This document shows, in pieces, positions 44,995 through 53,852 of a stretch of DNA of 54,998 bases. This DNA comes from Pseudomonadales bacterium. GTDB lineage: Bacteria; Pseudomonadota; Gammaproteobacteria; Pseudomonadales; Azotimanducaceae. The stretch's first letter is position 1. The number at the start of each line of letters is the position of its first letter. Below the pieces are notes generated by a model. The model searched no databases. It saw only the letters and a list, made by a program, of their open reading frames with translations, and was not told the DNA's origin. Position numbers and translations under genes: made by a program. The stretch is from NCBI GenBank assembly GCA_030728785.1, contig JANQYP010000051.1, positions 6,626-61,623 of the forward strand, read 5' to 3'.

Positions 44995-45909
44995 TCAGGT
45001 TCTGTGGAAGTTGTTGAACAAGCGCACCGTGTTGCGCATACACATGGCGACGGTCATGGGCCCCACCTTGGGGATATAGGTTGCTGCGCAGCTTGCAATA
45101 TCGTCGGCAAAGTTTGGCACACTGGCAAAGTTCAGGCAGACCGTTGCCGGTCGAATTTCATGGCACTGAACCTTGTCGAAGTGCTCGCTGGGAACGCCGG
45201 TAATGACAATGTTTGAGGCAGCCAGCGCCGCTTCCCGGCTGATGTCCACTTCAGCCGGCCTGGCATCACGGAATTGCAGTGGGCCGTTGACATCAAAAGA
45301 ATAAACCAGGGCGCCATCATTCGATAACATCACGGCCAGGGGTCGGCCAATCACTTCGCTGCGGTTGAAAATGGTCACAGTCTGGCCGCTGAAGGGGCGC
45401 GTCTGGTGGTCTGCATAACCCGCCACTTCGCTCAGCATCTTGATAATCGCCAGCGGCGTGCAGGGCAGCAGGGCTTTGCGGCGTGGGTCATGGGCCAGCG
45501 CCAGGCGGTCGTTAGCATAGAGTTTATGGGTCCAGTACTGGCTGCCGGCCTCTATGTCCTTGCGGTAATCCACCAGGTTACGCAGATAGCCATCCTGTTC
45601 GTTATTGAATACCGGAAAGTAGATAAAAATACCATGTACTGTCGGATCAGCGTTTAACGCCAAAATCTGCTTTTCCAGATCAAGCCGCTCCACATGTCGC
45701 ACCTCATAACTGATGCCAATGGCGGCAAATTTTCGCTGGGTGGCGTTGGCATAAGCCAGGGACGGTTTATCGTGACTGGCAATCAGGCCAACCACCTGCG
45801 GGCGCGCGCCGAGATGCTGAATCTCGGCCCGTATTGTCTTTACATAGTTCTCCGCCAGGACGCTGGGATCCAGTGGCGTGGTGGTATTTTGCCGAGTAGT
45901 TTTCTGCAC
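44995..45909 (-). CDS. Methylenetetrahydrofolate dehydrogenase, Mtd1-like monofunctional FolD homologue
   Basis: 304 aa. LLPCTPLAIIKML, NRSEIVGRPLAVMLSNDGALVYSFDVN and VITGVPSE. Mtd1-like insertion FPVFNNEQDGYLRNLV...YWTHKLYANDR. Thr replaces the cyclohydrolase Lys (LAYANATQRK). GTG start. Confidence 0.75.
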   Translation of the reverse strand: MQKTTRQNTTTPLDPSVLAENYVKTIRAEIQHLGARPQVVGLIASHDKPSLAYANATQRKFAAIGISYEVRHVERLDLEKQILALNADPTVHGIFIYFPVFNNEQDGYLRNLVDYRKDIEAGSQYWTHKLYANDRLALAHDPRRKALLPCTPLAIIKMLSEVAGYADHQTRPFSGQTVTIFNRSEVIGRPLAVMLSNDGALVYSFDVNGPLQFRDARPAEVDISREAALAASNIVITGVPSEHFDKVQCHEIRPATVCLNFASVPNFADDIASCAATYIPKVGPMTVAMCMRNTVRLFNNFHRT

Positions 45910-45960
45910 GGGTCATTCCCTGATCAAGGCCTGCCAAAAATTGTTTGCAGCAGCCGGGTG

Positions 45961-46581
45961 TCAGTCGTCGTACTGGTGTTGTTTGCGTGTAATTGAGCCA
46001 AGGTAACCCTTGTGGTGGCGCATGCCGTAGTCACGGGTAGTAAAACCCTTCAGCTCCATCAGGGTCAAGGCCAGGGCGTCGCCGATGGCTTGCATCACAG
46101 CAATGCTGGCGCTGGGTGTGACCTTCAGGGGGCAGGGTTCGACGATATCACTGCCCATATCAAGAATCAGTTCGCTTAAGCCACGCAGGGGTGAATCGGC
46201 GTGGGAGGTCACACCGATGACGCGGCTGACACCCAGGTGGCGGGCGTTCTGCAACATCTCAATGACTTCGATGGACTTGCCGCTGGTGGAGAACGCAATA
46301 ATGGTGTCATCAGGGTCGACCATACCCAGATCCCCGTGTCCGGCTTCCGCTGGATGAATAAAAAACGCCGGCGTACCCGTCGATGACAGGGTGGCTGAAA
46401 ATTTGTTGGCTACATAACCGGCCTTGCCAATGCCCGTGGTAATGACCTTGCCGGGGCATGTCAGCAACAGGTTCAGGGCTTGCTCAAAGTCATCAGTGAC
46501 GTTGATATTGTTAATGGCTTCGGCTTCTTTCTCAATAATAAAGGCCATGCGCTCTTTTACATTCACGTCGGTTACGTCCAC
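45961..46581 (-). CDS. SIS-domain sugar-phosphate isomerase (KpsF/GutQ-like arabinose-5-phosphate isomerase core without CBS domains)
   Basis: GKVITTGIGKAGYVANKFSATLSSTGTPAFFIHPAEAGHGDLGMV parallels the KpsF/GutQ SIS block. The protein ends after ~206 aa, so the CBS pair is absent. GTG start. Confidence 0.75.
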   Translation of the reverse strand: MDVTDVNVKERMAFIIEKEAEAINNINVTDDFEQALNLLLTCPGKVITTGIGKAGYVANKFSATLSSTGTPAFFIHPAEAGHGDLGMVDPDDTIIAFSTSGKSIEVIEMLQNARHLGVSRVIGVTSHADSPLRGLSELILDMGSDIVEPCPLKVTPSASIAVMQAIGDALALTLMELKGFTTRDYGMRHHKGYLGSITRKQHQYDD

Positions 46582-46604
46582 AGGGTCACTGATACAGGTG
46601 CGGC

Positions 46605-46610
46605 ATTATA
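46605..46610 (-). promoter_or_regulatory. Candidate -10 hexamer (TATAAT on the minus strand) for the SIS-mtd-fch operon
   Basis: Exact TATAAT lies 23 nt upstream of the GTG start. No clear -35 or SD, implying a very short leader. Confidence 0.25.
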
Positions 46611-46818
46611 CGCGATCACCCTGCGGCTGTGGGGGCCAATTGTCACCCTTTTAGAAAAACCCAGGCCTTGTCTGCGAGTCGGCGCCTGCGAAGTCGCTGT
46701 CTCGGCCAAGACAGTAAGCGCCAGCGCGCTGCTGTGCAGAGTTACTCCCCTGGCGCAGCAGGGGAGAAGCCGCCGGGATGCCAAAAGGAAGGCCAGAATG
46801 GTAATGCTCAAACAGGCT

Positions 46819-46844
46819 TGATCCACTGCTGGCTTTGCTGCGTA
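46819..46844 (+). promoter_or_regulatory. ECF sigma-E(ChrR)-type autoregulatory promoter TGATCC-N16-CGTA
   Basis: TGATCC at 46819-46824, a 16-nt spacer, and CGTA at 46841-46844, about 36 nt upstream of the sigma gene ATG. It matches the consensus I recall for RpoE-ChrR regulons of Rhodobacter and Caulobacter. Confidence 0.6.
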
Positions 46845-46879
46845 GTAATGCCGTTTGGTAAAAGAAGGATTGAATCGTT

Positions 46880-47506
46880 ATGATCACAGCCAGTAAAAAT
46901 ACAAGCGATGTTCATAAGGTGGTTATGCTAGCCGAAGCCAGGTCTGACATTTGGAGCGAATTGCTGGTGAAGGTGGGCGCGGGCCGTGACCGCGAGGCCT
47001 TTGGCGAGCTGTTTGCCCATTTTGCGCCCCTGTTGAAGGGCTTTTTGATGAAAGGCTCGTCCCTCGGGCCCGAGCGCGCCGAAGAGCTGGTGCAGGAAAC
47101 CATGATCAAGGTCTGGCGCAAGGCGGACAGTTTTAATGCTACCAAGTCATCCGCCAGCACCTGGATATATACCGTTGCCCGGAATTGCCGGATCGACTGG
47201 TTGCGCCGTGAGGCGAAGTCGAGCCGCGATATTGAGGCTGAGGATATTTACGAGTCCAGTGAAGAGAATACCTCGTACACCTCCCTGGTGCAGATCCGCA
47301 ATCGCGATCTGATCCGGGAAAACCTCGCTTTGTTGCCACCTGAGCAACTGGAGGTCATCGCCAAGATATATTTTGAGGGCAAGTCCCACAGCGAGGTCGC
47401 GGCAGAGCTTACTCTGCCGTTGGGCACCGTAAAATCAAGAATAAGACTGGCACTCAACAGACTACAGCTGCGAATGACCGCAGAGGAGAACACCCCAGAT
47501 GTCTAA
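46880..47506 (+). CDS. ECF sigma factor (RpoE of the ChrR-partnered group)
   Basis: 208 aa. Region 2 ELVQETMIKVWRKADSF...WIYTVARNCRIDWLRR and region 4 LPPEQLEVIAKIYFEGKSHSEVAAELTLPLGTVKSRIRLAL. It overlaps the chrR start by 8 nt. Confidence 0.9.
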   Translation: MITASKNTSDVHKVVMLAEARSDIWSELLVKVGAGRDREAFGELFAHFAPLLKGFLMKGSSLGPERAEELVQETMIKVWRKADSFNATKSSASTWIYTVARNCRIDWLRREAKSSRDIEAEDIYESSEENTSYTSLVQIRNRDLIRENLALLPPEQLEVIAKIYFEGKSHSEVAAELTLPLGTVKSRIRLALNRLQLRMTAEENTPDV

Positions 47507-48179
47507 CGTCAGTCGTCATCCAGACGCTAATTTTCTTCTGGACTTTGCCTCCGGTGGCCTATCGGCCGCGCAGGCCATCGCGGTGTCTGCGCACCTGCAT
47601 TTCTGCAGCAGTTGCCGGTCCCAGGCCGAGTCACTGAACGACATAGGCGGGCGCCTGTTGGCGGATGTTGAGCCTGCTGTGTTGTCAGCTAACTGCCAGG
47701 CCGCTGTGTTTGCGGCCCTTGATAGCCCAGTACCTGTCAAGGCTGAGATTGAACGGCGGCCGGCAGAGGTTGTGCGCGGCCTGACCCGATCTGATCAGTT
47801 GCCAGCTCTGGTCAGGCAAATCACACCTGTTGATGGCCTGCGTTGGCGGCGCTTATCCTCTTCGTTGCAAGTTGCACGCCTGCCGGTGGGCGAGCAGCGT
47901 TATGAGCTGGCTTTGCATCATATCGAGGCCGGCGGTAAAGCGCCGGCCCACGACCATCGTGGCACAGAGATCACCGTTGTTCTGCAAGGTAGTTTTTCTG
48001 ATGAGGCTGGGGTTTATCACCAGGGCGATTTTATGGTCTGCGAACCTGGTTACACTCACACGCCGGTGGCGACTGCCAATGCCGAATGTGTCTGCTTGTC
48101 GGTGCTGGAGGCGCCTATTCGACTGGTGGGTGGTTTCAAGCGCCTGTTGAATCCTTTTCTGTCCTTCAGGCCGGCCTGA
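47499..48179 (+). CDS. chrR: ChrR-family anti-sigma-E factor (ZAS N-domain plus C-terminal cupin)
   Basis: His7 plus the H32-x3-C36-x2-C39 zinc motif (SAHLHFCSSCRS). The C-terminal cupin has AHDHRGTEITVVLQG...H. Confidence 0.88.
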   Translation: MSNVSRHPDANFLLDFASGGLSAAQAIAVSAHLHFCSSCRSQAESLNDIGGRLLADVEPAVLSANCQAAVFAALDSPVPVKAEIERRPAEVVRGLTRSDQLPALVRQITPVDGLRWRRLSSSLQVARLPVGEQRYELALHHIEAGGKAPAHDHRGTEITVVLQGSFSDEAGVYHQGDFMVCEPGYTHTPVATANAECVCLSVLEAPIRLVGGFKRLLNPFLSFRPA

Positions 48180-48218
48180 CTGTTCTTTTGGTGGTCATTG
48201 CGCTTAAATCTGGCGATT

Positions 48219-48251
48219 AACAGTTTTTTAACAGTTTTTTAACAGTTTATT
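48219..48251. repeat. 11-bp tandem repeat (aacagtttttt x2 plus aacagtttatt) upstream of the LEH-like gene
   Basis: Direct reading. It lies 21 nt upstream of the GTG start at 48272. Confidence 0.85.
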
Positions 48252-48271
48252 AAGTACAGGCAGAGCGAATC

Positions 48272-48652
48272 GTGAATCACCCCCAACAGACCGGCGCAGA
48301 AATCATTCGAGAGTTTATCAACTGCTGGGCCAGCCTTGATGCTGCGGCCCTGGCGGCGTATTTCAGCGTTGATGGCGTGTACCACAATATGCCCTCAGCA
48401 CCTGTCGCCGGCCGCGATAACATTCAGCGTTTTATTGGCGGTTTCGCCGCAAACTGGACCAGCACTGACTGGCAGATTCTGAATATTATTGAGCAAGGCA
48501 ATATTGTTATTGCCGAGCGCGTTGACCGGACCCAGCTGGGAGACAAGGCCATTAACCTGCCCTGCTGCGGCGTGTTTGAAATGCAGGATGGCAAGATTAA
48601 GGTGTGGCGCGATTATTTTGATTTGAATACCTATATGCAAGGTCTGCAGTAA
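48272..48652 (+). CDS. Limonene-1,2-epoxide hydrolase / SnoaL-like NTF2-fold protein
   Basis: 126 aa. IIREFINCWASLDAAALAAYFSVDGVYHNMP...GKIKVWRDYFDL is typical of the LEH family. GTG start. Confidence 0.75.
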   Translation: MNHPQQTGAEIIREFINCWASLDAAALAAYFSVDGVYHNMPSAPVAGRDNIQRFIGGFAANWTSTDWQILNIIEQGNIVIAERVDRTQLGDKAINLPCCGVFEMQDGKIKVWRDYFDLNTYMQGLQ

Positions 48653-48670
48653 TCTTCTAATCGGCCTTGC

Positions 48671-49741
48671 TCAATCCAGCAAGTGGCATGACACCAGATG
48701 GGTTTTGTCTGCCAGCGGTGCCGTCAGGCGGGGTATGTCTACCTTGCAGCGCGCCACGGCCTGGGGGCAGCGCGGGTGAAAGGTGCAACCTGATGGTGGG
48801 TTTATAGGGCTGGGCACATCACCCACCAGGAGCTGGCGTTGCACCTTGTGGTGCGGGTCGGGAATGGGAATCGCTGCAATCAGGGACTGGGTGTAGGGGT
48901 GCCGGGCATTTCGATAAATCTCTTCGCTGGCGCCGGTTTCGACAATTTTGCCCAGATACATGATGGCGATACGATCTGAGATATGTTTCACCACAGCCAG
49001 GTCGTGGGCAATAAAAAGGTAGGACAAGTTGAATTCCTGCTGCAGGTCGATGAGCAGGTTCAGAATCTGGCTCTGGATGGAGACGTCCAGGGCTGAGACG
49101 GGTTCATCGCAGATAATCAACCTGGGGTTCAGGGCAATAGAACGGGCAATGCCGATGCGCTGCCGTTGGCCGCCCGAAAATTCGAAGGGATAACGGGTCA
49201 GTGAACGCGCCGGTAAGCCGACAATGTCCAGCAGCTCCAGGACCCGTTTGTGCCGCCAGGCTGCATCACCCAGCTGCTGCACGATAAACGGCTCTTCAAT
49301 AATCTCCCCCACCGTGTGCCGTGAGTTCAGGGATTCCATGGGATCCTGAAAAATCATCTGGATATGTTGCCGATAGGGCTTTAATGCTCGAGCGCTAAGG
49401 TGCGCAATGTTCTCCCCGGCAAATTCAATACTGCCTGCCGTAGGCTCATAGAGACGCGCCACGGCGCGTCCCAGGGTTGACTTGCCACAGCCGGATTCAC
49501 CTACCAGGCCCAGGGTTTCGCCGGCGGCAATATCAAAGGAGACACCATCAACGGCCTTGTTTGATTTGCTGGCGCGGAGCAGGATGCCGGCCTTGACGGG
49601 AAAGTGCATCTTCAGGTCGCGGACTTTGAGCAGCTTGGTTTGATCTGCTCCTGCATGGCCCTTGGGCTGCTGCGCTGACGGCTGCTCTGGATTTTTCTCG
49701 GCGACAGTCGCGGGTATTGTCTCGGGTAGAGCGTCTGGCAT
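48671..49741 (-). CDS. Peptide ABC transporter ATP-binding protein (OppF/DppF-like)
   Basis: Walker [10 protein letters not shown], signature FSGGQRQR, Walker B LIICDEP, C-terminal oligopeptide-type extension. The start was set at MPDALPE (49741), 20 nt after the upstream ATPase stop. Confidence 0.88.
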   Translation of the reverse strand: MPDALPETIPATVAEKNPEQPSAQQPKGHAGADQTKLLKVRDLKMHFPVKAGILLRASKSNKAVDGVSFDIAAGETLGLVGESGCGKSTLGRAVARLYEPTAGSIEFAGENIAHLSARALKPYRQHIQMIFQDPMESLNSRHTVGEIIEEPFIVQQLGDAAWRHKRVLELLDIVGLPARSLTRYPFEFSGGQRQRIGIARSIALNPRLIICDEPVSALDVSIQSQILNLLIDLQQEFNLSYLFIAHDLAVVKHISDRIAIMYLGKIVETGASEEIYRNARHPYTQSLIAAIPIPDPHHKVQRQLLVGDVPSPINPPSGCTFHPRCPQAVARCKVDIPRLTAPLADKTHLVSCHLLD

Positions 49742-49761
49742 ATTTGCGTTTCCCTGATTGG

Positions 49762-50736
49762 TCACTCTGCCCACCGGTAACAACTCACTTCGTGGCTTGG
49801 CGAGACAGGCTCGGCAGGTGGTGTGGCCAGTGCGCAACGGGGTTCGCGGCGTGGGCAGCGGTTTTCGAAGCGGCAACCCGCAGGCAGGTCAAGCAGGCCT
49901 GGGACCATGCCGTCGATGACGCTGAGCCGGGCCTTGGGTACTGTGTCCAGGCGCGGAATAGACGCCAGCAGGCCCTGGGTATAGGGGTGACTTGGGTGAT
50001 CAAACAGGTCAAAGACAGTGCCTTTCTCTGCCACCTTACCGGCATACATGACCACCACGTCGTCACAGGTCTCGGCAATAACGCCCAGGTCGTGGGTAAT
50101 CAGGATCACCGACATACCCAGGTCGGCCTGCAGTTCCTTGATGAGTTCCAGGATCTGGGCCTGGATGGTCACATCCAGCGCTGTTGTCGGCTCGTCAGCA
50201 ATCAGCAGCGCAGGCTCGCAGGCCAGGGCAATGGCAATCACCACACGCTGGCGCATGCCACCAGACAACTGATGGGGATATTCACCCATGCGAATATCCG
50301 GTGACGGAATACCCACGCGGTCGAGAATCCTGACGGCTTCCTGAATGGCCTGCTGGGCTGTGATGGCCTTGTGCAGCAGCAACACCTCGGTGATCTGCCG
50401 GCCGATGGTGTGTACCGGGTTGAGGGCGGTCATGGGCTCCTGAAAGACCATGCTGATCTGGGCGCCGCGGATTTTTTCCATTTCCGGCAGGGGCAGGTTT
50501 GTCAGGTCACGGCCGTTGAAAAGGATTCGGCCGCCGACAATTTTGCCCATGGGTTGGGGCAGCAGGCGCATGATCGACAGGGCTGTCACACTCTTACCGC
50601 AGCCTGACTCGCCGACGATGCCCAGGGTTTCACCGGCACGGGCGGTGAAGCTGACGTCATCAATGGCGCGCACCACTCCCTCGTCCGTATCGAACTCGGT
50701 GACCAGATGTTGTATTTCCAGCAATGCCTCAGGCAT
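49762..50736 (-). CDS. Peptide ABC transporter ATP-binding protein (OppD/DppD-like)
   Basis: Walker [10 protein letters not shown], signature LSGGMRQR, Walker B LLIADEP. Confidence 0.9.
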   Translation of the reverse strand: MPEALLEIQHLVTEFDTDEGVVRAIDDVSFTARAGETLGIVGESGCGKSVTALSIMRLLPQPMGKIVGGRILFNGRDLTNLPLPEMEKIRGAQISMVFQEPMTALNPVHTIGRQITEVLLLHKAITAQQAIQEAVRILDRVGIPSPDIRMGEYPHQLSGGMRQRVVIAIALACEPALLIADEPTTALDVTIQAQILELIKELQADLGMSVILITHDLGVIAETCDDVVVMYAGKVAEKGTVFDLFDHPSHPYTQGLLASIPRLDTVPKARLSVIDGMVPGLLDLPAGCRFENRCPRREPRCALATPPAEPVSPSHEVSCYRWAE

Positions 50737-50774
50737 ACACGCGGGTCCCCAGGTCTGGCGTTTGCCAGTTACAT

Positions 50775-52748
50775 TTATTTGAACTGGTCATACACGTTGA
50801 TCTCGGCAGACAAGGCTTGGCCGGCCTTTTTGGCATCAAGGGTCTGCTGGCGGATAGCCGGGTCCAGCCAGTGCACATGGTATTCACCGGCTGAGCCAGA
50901 ATGTTTGTGATTAAAAAACGTCGGATAACGTACCCAGCGCCAATGGCCAAGCCGATAAAAGGGCTGGAAAAATCCGGGTACAAACGAGGCGTAATTGTGA
51001 TGAATCTCGGTCATCTGGTGGGCCAGTTCAATCATTTCCTGCTTGTCACTTGACGCCCTGTAGCGCTCAATCAGCTGGTCCATCTCAAAGATGGCCAGCG
51101 CCTCCAGATTGTTGGTCTGGGTCTTCAGCTTGCGCTGCGGGTTGACACTGCCATCATCCAGAAAGGCATCGTCGTAGGCATTGTCTGAGTGGTAGGTTTC
51201 CCAGAACCGCGGATACATTTCCAGGGATGTGTTGAAGGCCGAAAAATGCATGTCGTGTTGTTTTTCCTGAACCTTCTTCCAGCCGGCGGTACCGTCCAGC
51301 ACCTCAACCCGCAGCTCAAGACCGGTTTTTAAGGCCTCTTCCTTGAGAATGGTGAGTACGTCTTTCATGACCTCATAACCCGTGGACAGGGTAAACGCCA
51401 GCTTCTGGCCCTTGTCGTTGACCAGGATGCCGTCCTTGTTGCGCTCGGTGAAGCCGGCCTTGGCAAAGTGCGCCAGGGCCTGGTTGATATCATAGTCGCG
51501 GGCCCGCAGATGCGGATTGCTGAACTCGCCATAACCGTCGGAGGAGGTCTGCAGGCGGGCATAGTCGCCGCGGAAAAACTTGTCGATGACCAGTTGCCAG
51601 TTAGTGGCATGGTTGATACCAATACGCACGTCCTGATTGTCCAGCAGCGGCCTGGAGGTATTTATCCACAGGCCATAAGTAGGGCGTGGCTTCTGGTTAT
51701 AGAAAACCGATTTCTGGATATAACCATTGGCCACATCAGCATCCTGGTCAGGCAGTTTGTCGTACCAGTATTCCGCCAGATTGAGCCCGAACTGGTCTAT
51801 GTCACCCTTCTTGAAGGCCTCAAAAACCTTGGACGGATCGCGGATGACGGTGAGTTGCACCTTGTCCATGTTGAAGCGATTTTTCCAGAACTTGTTGTCC
51901 CTGGCCCACCAGTCCTTGAGGCGAGTAAGGGTGATAGAGGTACCTTTGTTGATGTCCTTGTCGGCAATCACATAGGGGCCGGTGGTGGGCTGGAAGCGCC
52001 ACTGGTAACGATCAACAAAGTCTTCGCCCAGTTCCTGGTAAAAATGTGCCGGCATGGGTCGCAGCTCCAGCACCCGTGAATTCATATCGGGTTTGGCCTC
52101 GGGAATGGTGATGGAAATGGTCAGGTTGTCATATCTGGTGATGTTGGTGTACTGGGTGCTGTACCAGTTTTTGTACCAGGGCGCGACGATGTAATCCGAC
52201 TGGTAGATAAAAAACATAAACAGGTAGTCATCGGCAGTCACTGGCTTACCATCAGACCAGCGGGCATCAGGGTTAAGCTTAGCGTAGACGGTGCGCTTGG
52301 CCTCATCTACGGCCCAACTGGTGGCGAGGCCGGGGAAATAGGTGAACTTGTCCGGGTGACGGTGGGCCAGGCTCATGGAGGTGTCGTCCAGCAGCCAGGG
52401 GCGAAACGAGCCGTTGGAATCTGGTCCAATGGTCCGCAGGGTGCGCGGGAAGTCGGAAATCTGGCTGTACTCAGTGCCCCCCTTGATGGCATCGTCAGAG
52501 CCAAGTTCAGGCAGATCCATGCCATCTTCCCAGGTCAGGTCGGCGGGCAGGTCAGCCAGGGTCTTGAAGGCAAAGAACTCAGGCCGGGCGGCGTAGTAGT
52601 CTTTGACCTCTTGGCGGTTGTCCGGCAGGTCTGCCGCCGGCGCCGCCGTCTCGTCCTTGTCGCCACCGCCGCAGGCGGTGACGAATAAGCCTAAAAGAAG
52701 CAGTCCCAGCAGTTTACGGCTGTTGTGGTCAGGCAATAATGACGACAT
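50775..52748 (-). CDS. Family-5 extracellular solute-binding protein (YejA-like, large), predicted lipoprotein
   Basis: 657 aa. Lipobox LFVTAC followed by GGGDKDE. The size and the blocks [19 protein letters not shown] and [10 protein letters not shown] resemble YejA-type peptide binders. Confidence 0.8.
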   Translation of the reverse strand: MSSLLPDHNSRKLLGLLLLGLFVTACGGGDKDETAAPAADLPDNRQEVKDYYAARPEFFAFKTLADLPADLTWEDGMDLPELGSDDAIKGGTEYSQISDFPRTLRTIGPDSNGSFRPWLLDDTSMSLAHRHPDKFTYFPGLATSWAVDEAKRTVYAKLNPDARWSDGKPVTADDYLFMFFIYQSDYIVAPWYKNWYSTQYTNITRYDNLTISITIPEAKPDMNSRVLELRPMPAHFYQELGEDFVDRYQWRFQPTTGPYVIADKDINKGTSITLTRLKDWWARDNKFWKNRFNMDKVQLTVIRDPSKVFEAFKKGDIDQFGLNLAEYWYDKLPDQDADVANGYIQKSVFYNQKPRPTYGLWINTSRPLLDNQDVRIGINHATNWQLVIDKFFRGDYARLQTSSDGYGEFSNPHLRARDYDINQALAHFAKAGFTERNKDGILVNDKGQKLAFTLSTGYEVMKDVLTILKEEALKTGLELRVEVLDGTAGWKKVQEKQHDMHFSAFNTSLEMYPRFWETYHSDNAYDDAFLDDGSVNPQRKLKTQTNNLEALAIFEMDQLIERYRASSDKQEMIELAHQMTEIHHNYASFVPGFFQPFYRLGHWRWVRYPTFFNHKHSGSAGEYHVHWLDPAIRQQTLDAKKAGQALSAEINVYDQFK

Positions 52749-52784
52749 AAAAACCTCGTTGTTGGCTGCCGTGGTGGCCAGCGT

Positions 52785-53852
52785 TTATTTGTAGACGGTA
52801 AATTTTTTCGGGTCGAATGACTCGCGTACCGCCTCGCCGATAAAGGTCACAATGGTCAGCAACAGTACCAGGGTCAGGAATGCCGATGTGACAATCCAGG
52901 GTGCAGTGCGCAGGTTGGCTGTCCCTTGTTTTAACAACTCGCCCAGGCTTGGTGTGGGTGGTGGCAGGCCAAAGCCAAGGAAATCGAGGGCAGTAATGGC
53001 ATTAATGGCGGCGACAATGGTAAATGGCATAAATGTCACCAGGGTCGACATGACGTTCGGCAATATGTGTTTGAAGATAATCCGTGAATGACTGGCACCA
53101 ATAATCCTGGCCGCCGCCGTATAGTCCCGAGCCTTTTCTTTGTAGGTTTCAGTGCGCATGTAGTAGGTCATGCCCGTCCAGGAAAACAGCACCATCACCG
53201 TCAGCAGTATGCCTATCCTGCTGGAGACGGAAAACGTCGCCGGTATCACCGAGAACACGATAATCACTGTGTACAGGAAGGGAATGTTTGACCAGACCTC
53301 GATCAGGCGCTGGAACACCAGGTCAAAGGTACCGCCAAAATAGCCCATGGCGCAGCCGATGCTGATACCAATGACATACACCCAGACCATAAAAGCGATG
53401 GAAAACAGCAGGGCAATACGCGTGCCATAGAACAGTCGCGCGAGAATATCGCGGCTGGTGGTGTCTGTGCCCAAATAGTGCTGCTGCGCCATTGACGGTG
53501 GCATGGGTTTATAGATGCCGCCGGGTGCGTGGTTTTCATAGGCGCTGTAAGGCACCAGCGGCATGATCACATAGTCACCGTCGCCGGCGGCGGCAAATTT
53601 CGCCTGCAGGTCCCGGTAGTTAGTCTCGTAGGCGTAATCGAGACCAAAGTCCGTACCCGGGTGATAGTCGCCGTAGGTGGGGAAGTACCAGCTATCCTGG
53701 TAGCTCACCAGCAGGGCCCGATTGTTGACAATTAATTCGCCCACTGAGGCCAGCAACATCAGCCCGACAAGGAACAGGAAGCTGTAATAGCCGCGCTTGA
53801 TATCACGAAAGCGCCGCAGTTTCTTCAGGGTTTGTGGGTTCAGGCGCATCAC
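52785..53852 (-). CDS. Peptide ABC transporter permease (YejE/OppC-like)
   Basis: 355 aa, about 6 TM, with the long periplasmic loop after TM1 typical of YejE and an EAA-like region (ARIIGASHSRIIFKHILPN). Confidence 0.85.
   Translation of the reverse strand: MMRLNPQTLKKLRRFRDIKRGYYSFLFLVGLMLLASVGELIVNNRALLVSYQDSWYFPTYGDYHPGTDFGLDYAYETNYRDLQAKFAAAGDGDYVIMPLVPYSAYENHAPGGIYKPMPPSMAQQHYLGTDTTSRDILARLFYGTRIALLFSIAFMVWVYVIGISIGCAMGYFGGTFDLVFQRLIEVWSNIPFLYTVIIVFSVIPATFSVSSRIGILLTVMVLFSWTGMTYYMRTETYKEKARDYTAAARIIGASHSRIIFKHILPNVMSTLVTFMPFTIVAAINAITALDFLGFGLPPPTPSLGELLKQGTANLRTAPWIVTSAFLTLVLLLTIVTFIGEAVRESFDPKKFTVYK

Noticed and set aside
46582-46879. A folate/purine riboswitch (ZTP/pfl or THF type) in the 298-bp region upstream of the SIS-mtd-fch operon.
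   Set aside because: I looked on the minus strand for the conserved ZTP 3' element CCGCCUGGGC and found only GGCCUGGGU, without the matching upstream GGGUCGUGAC-like half. The candidate -10 box also lies only 23 nt from the start codon, leaving no room for an aptamer. Two short hairpins (46701-46718 and 46745-46766) remain unexplained.
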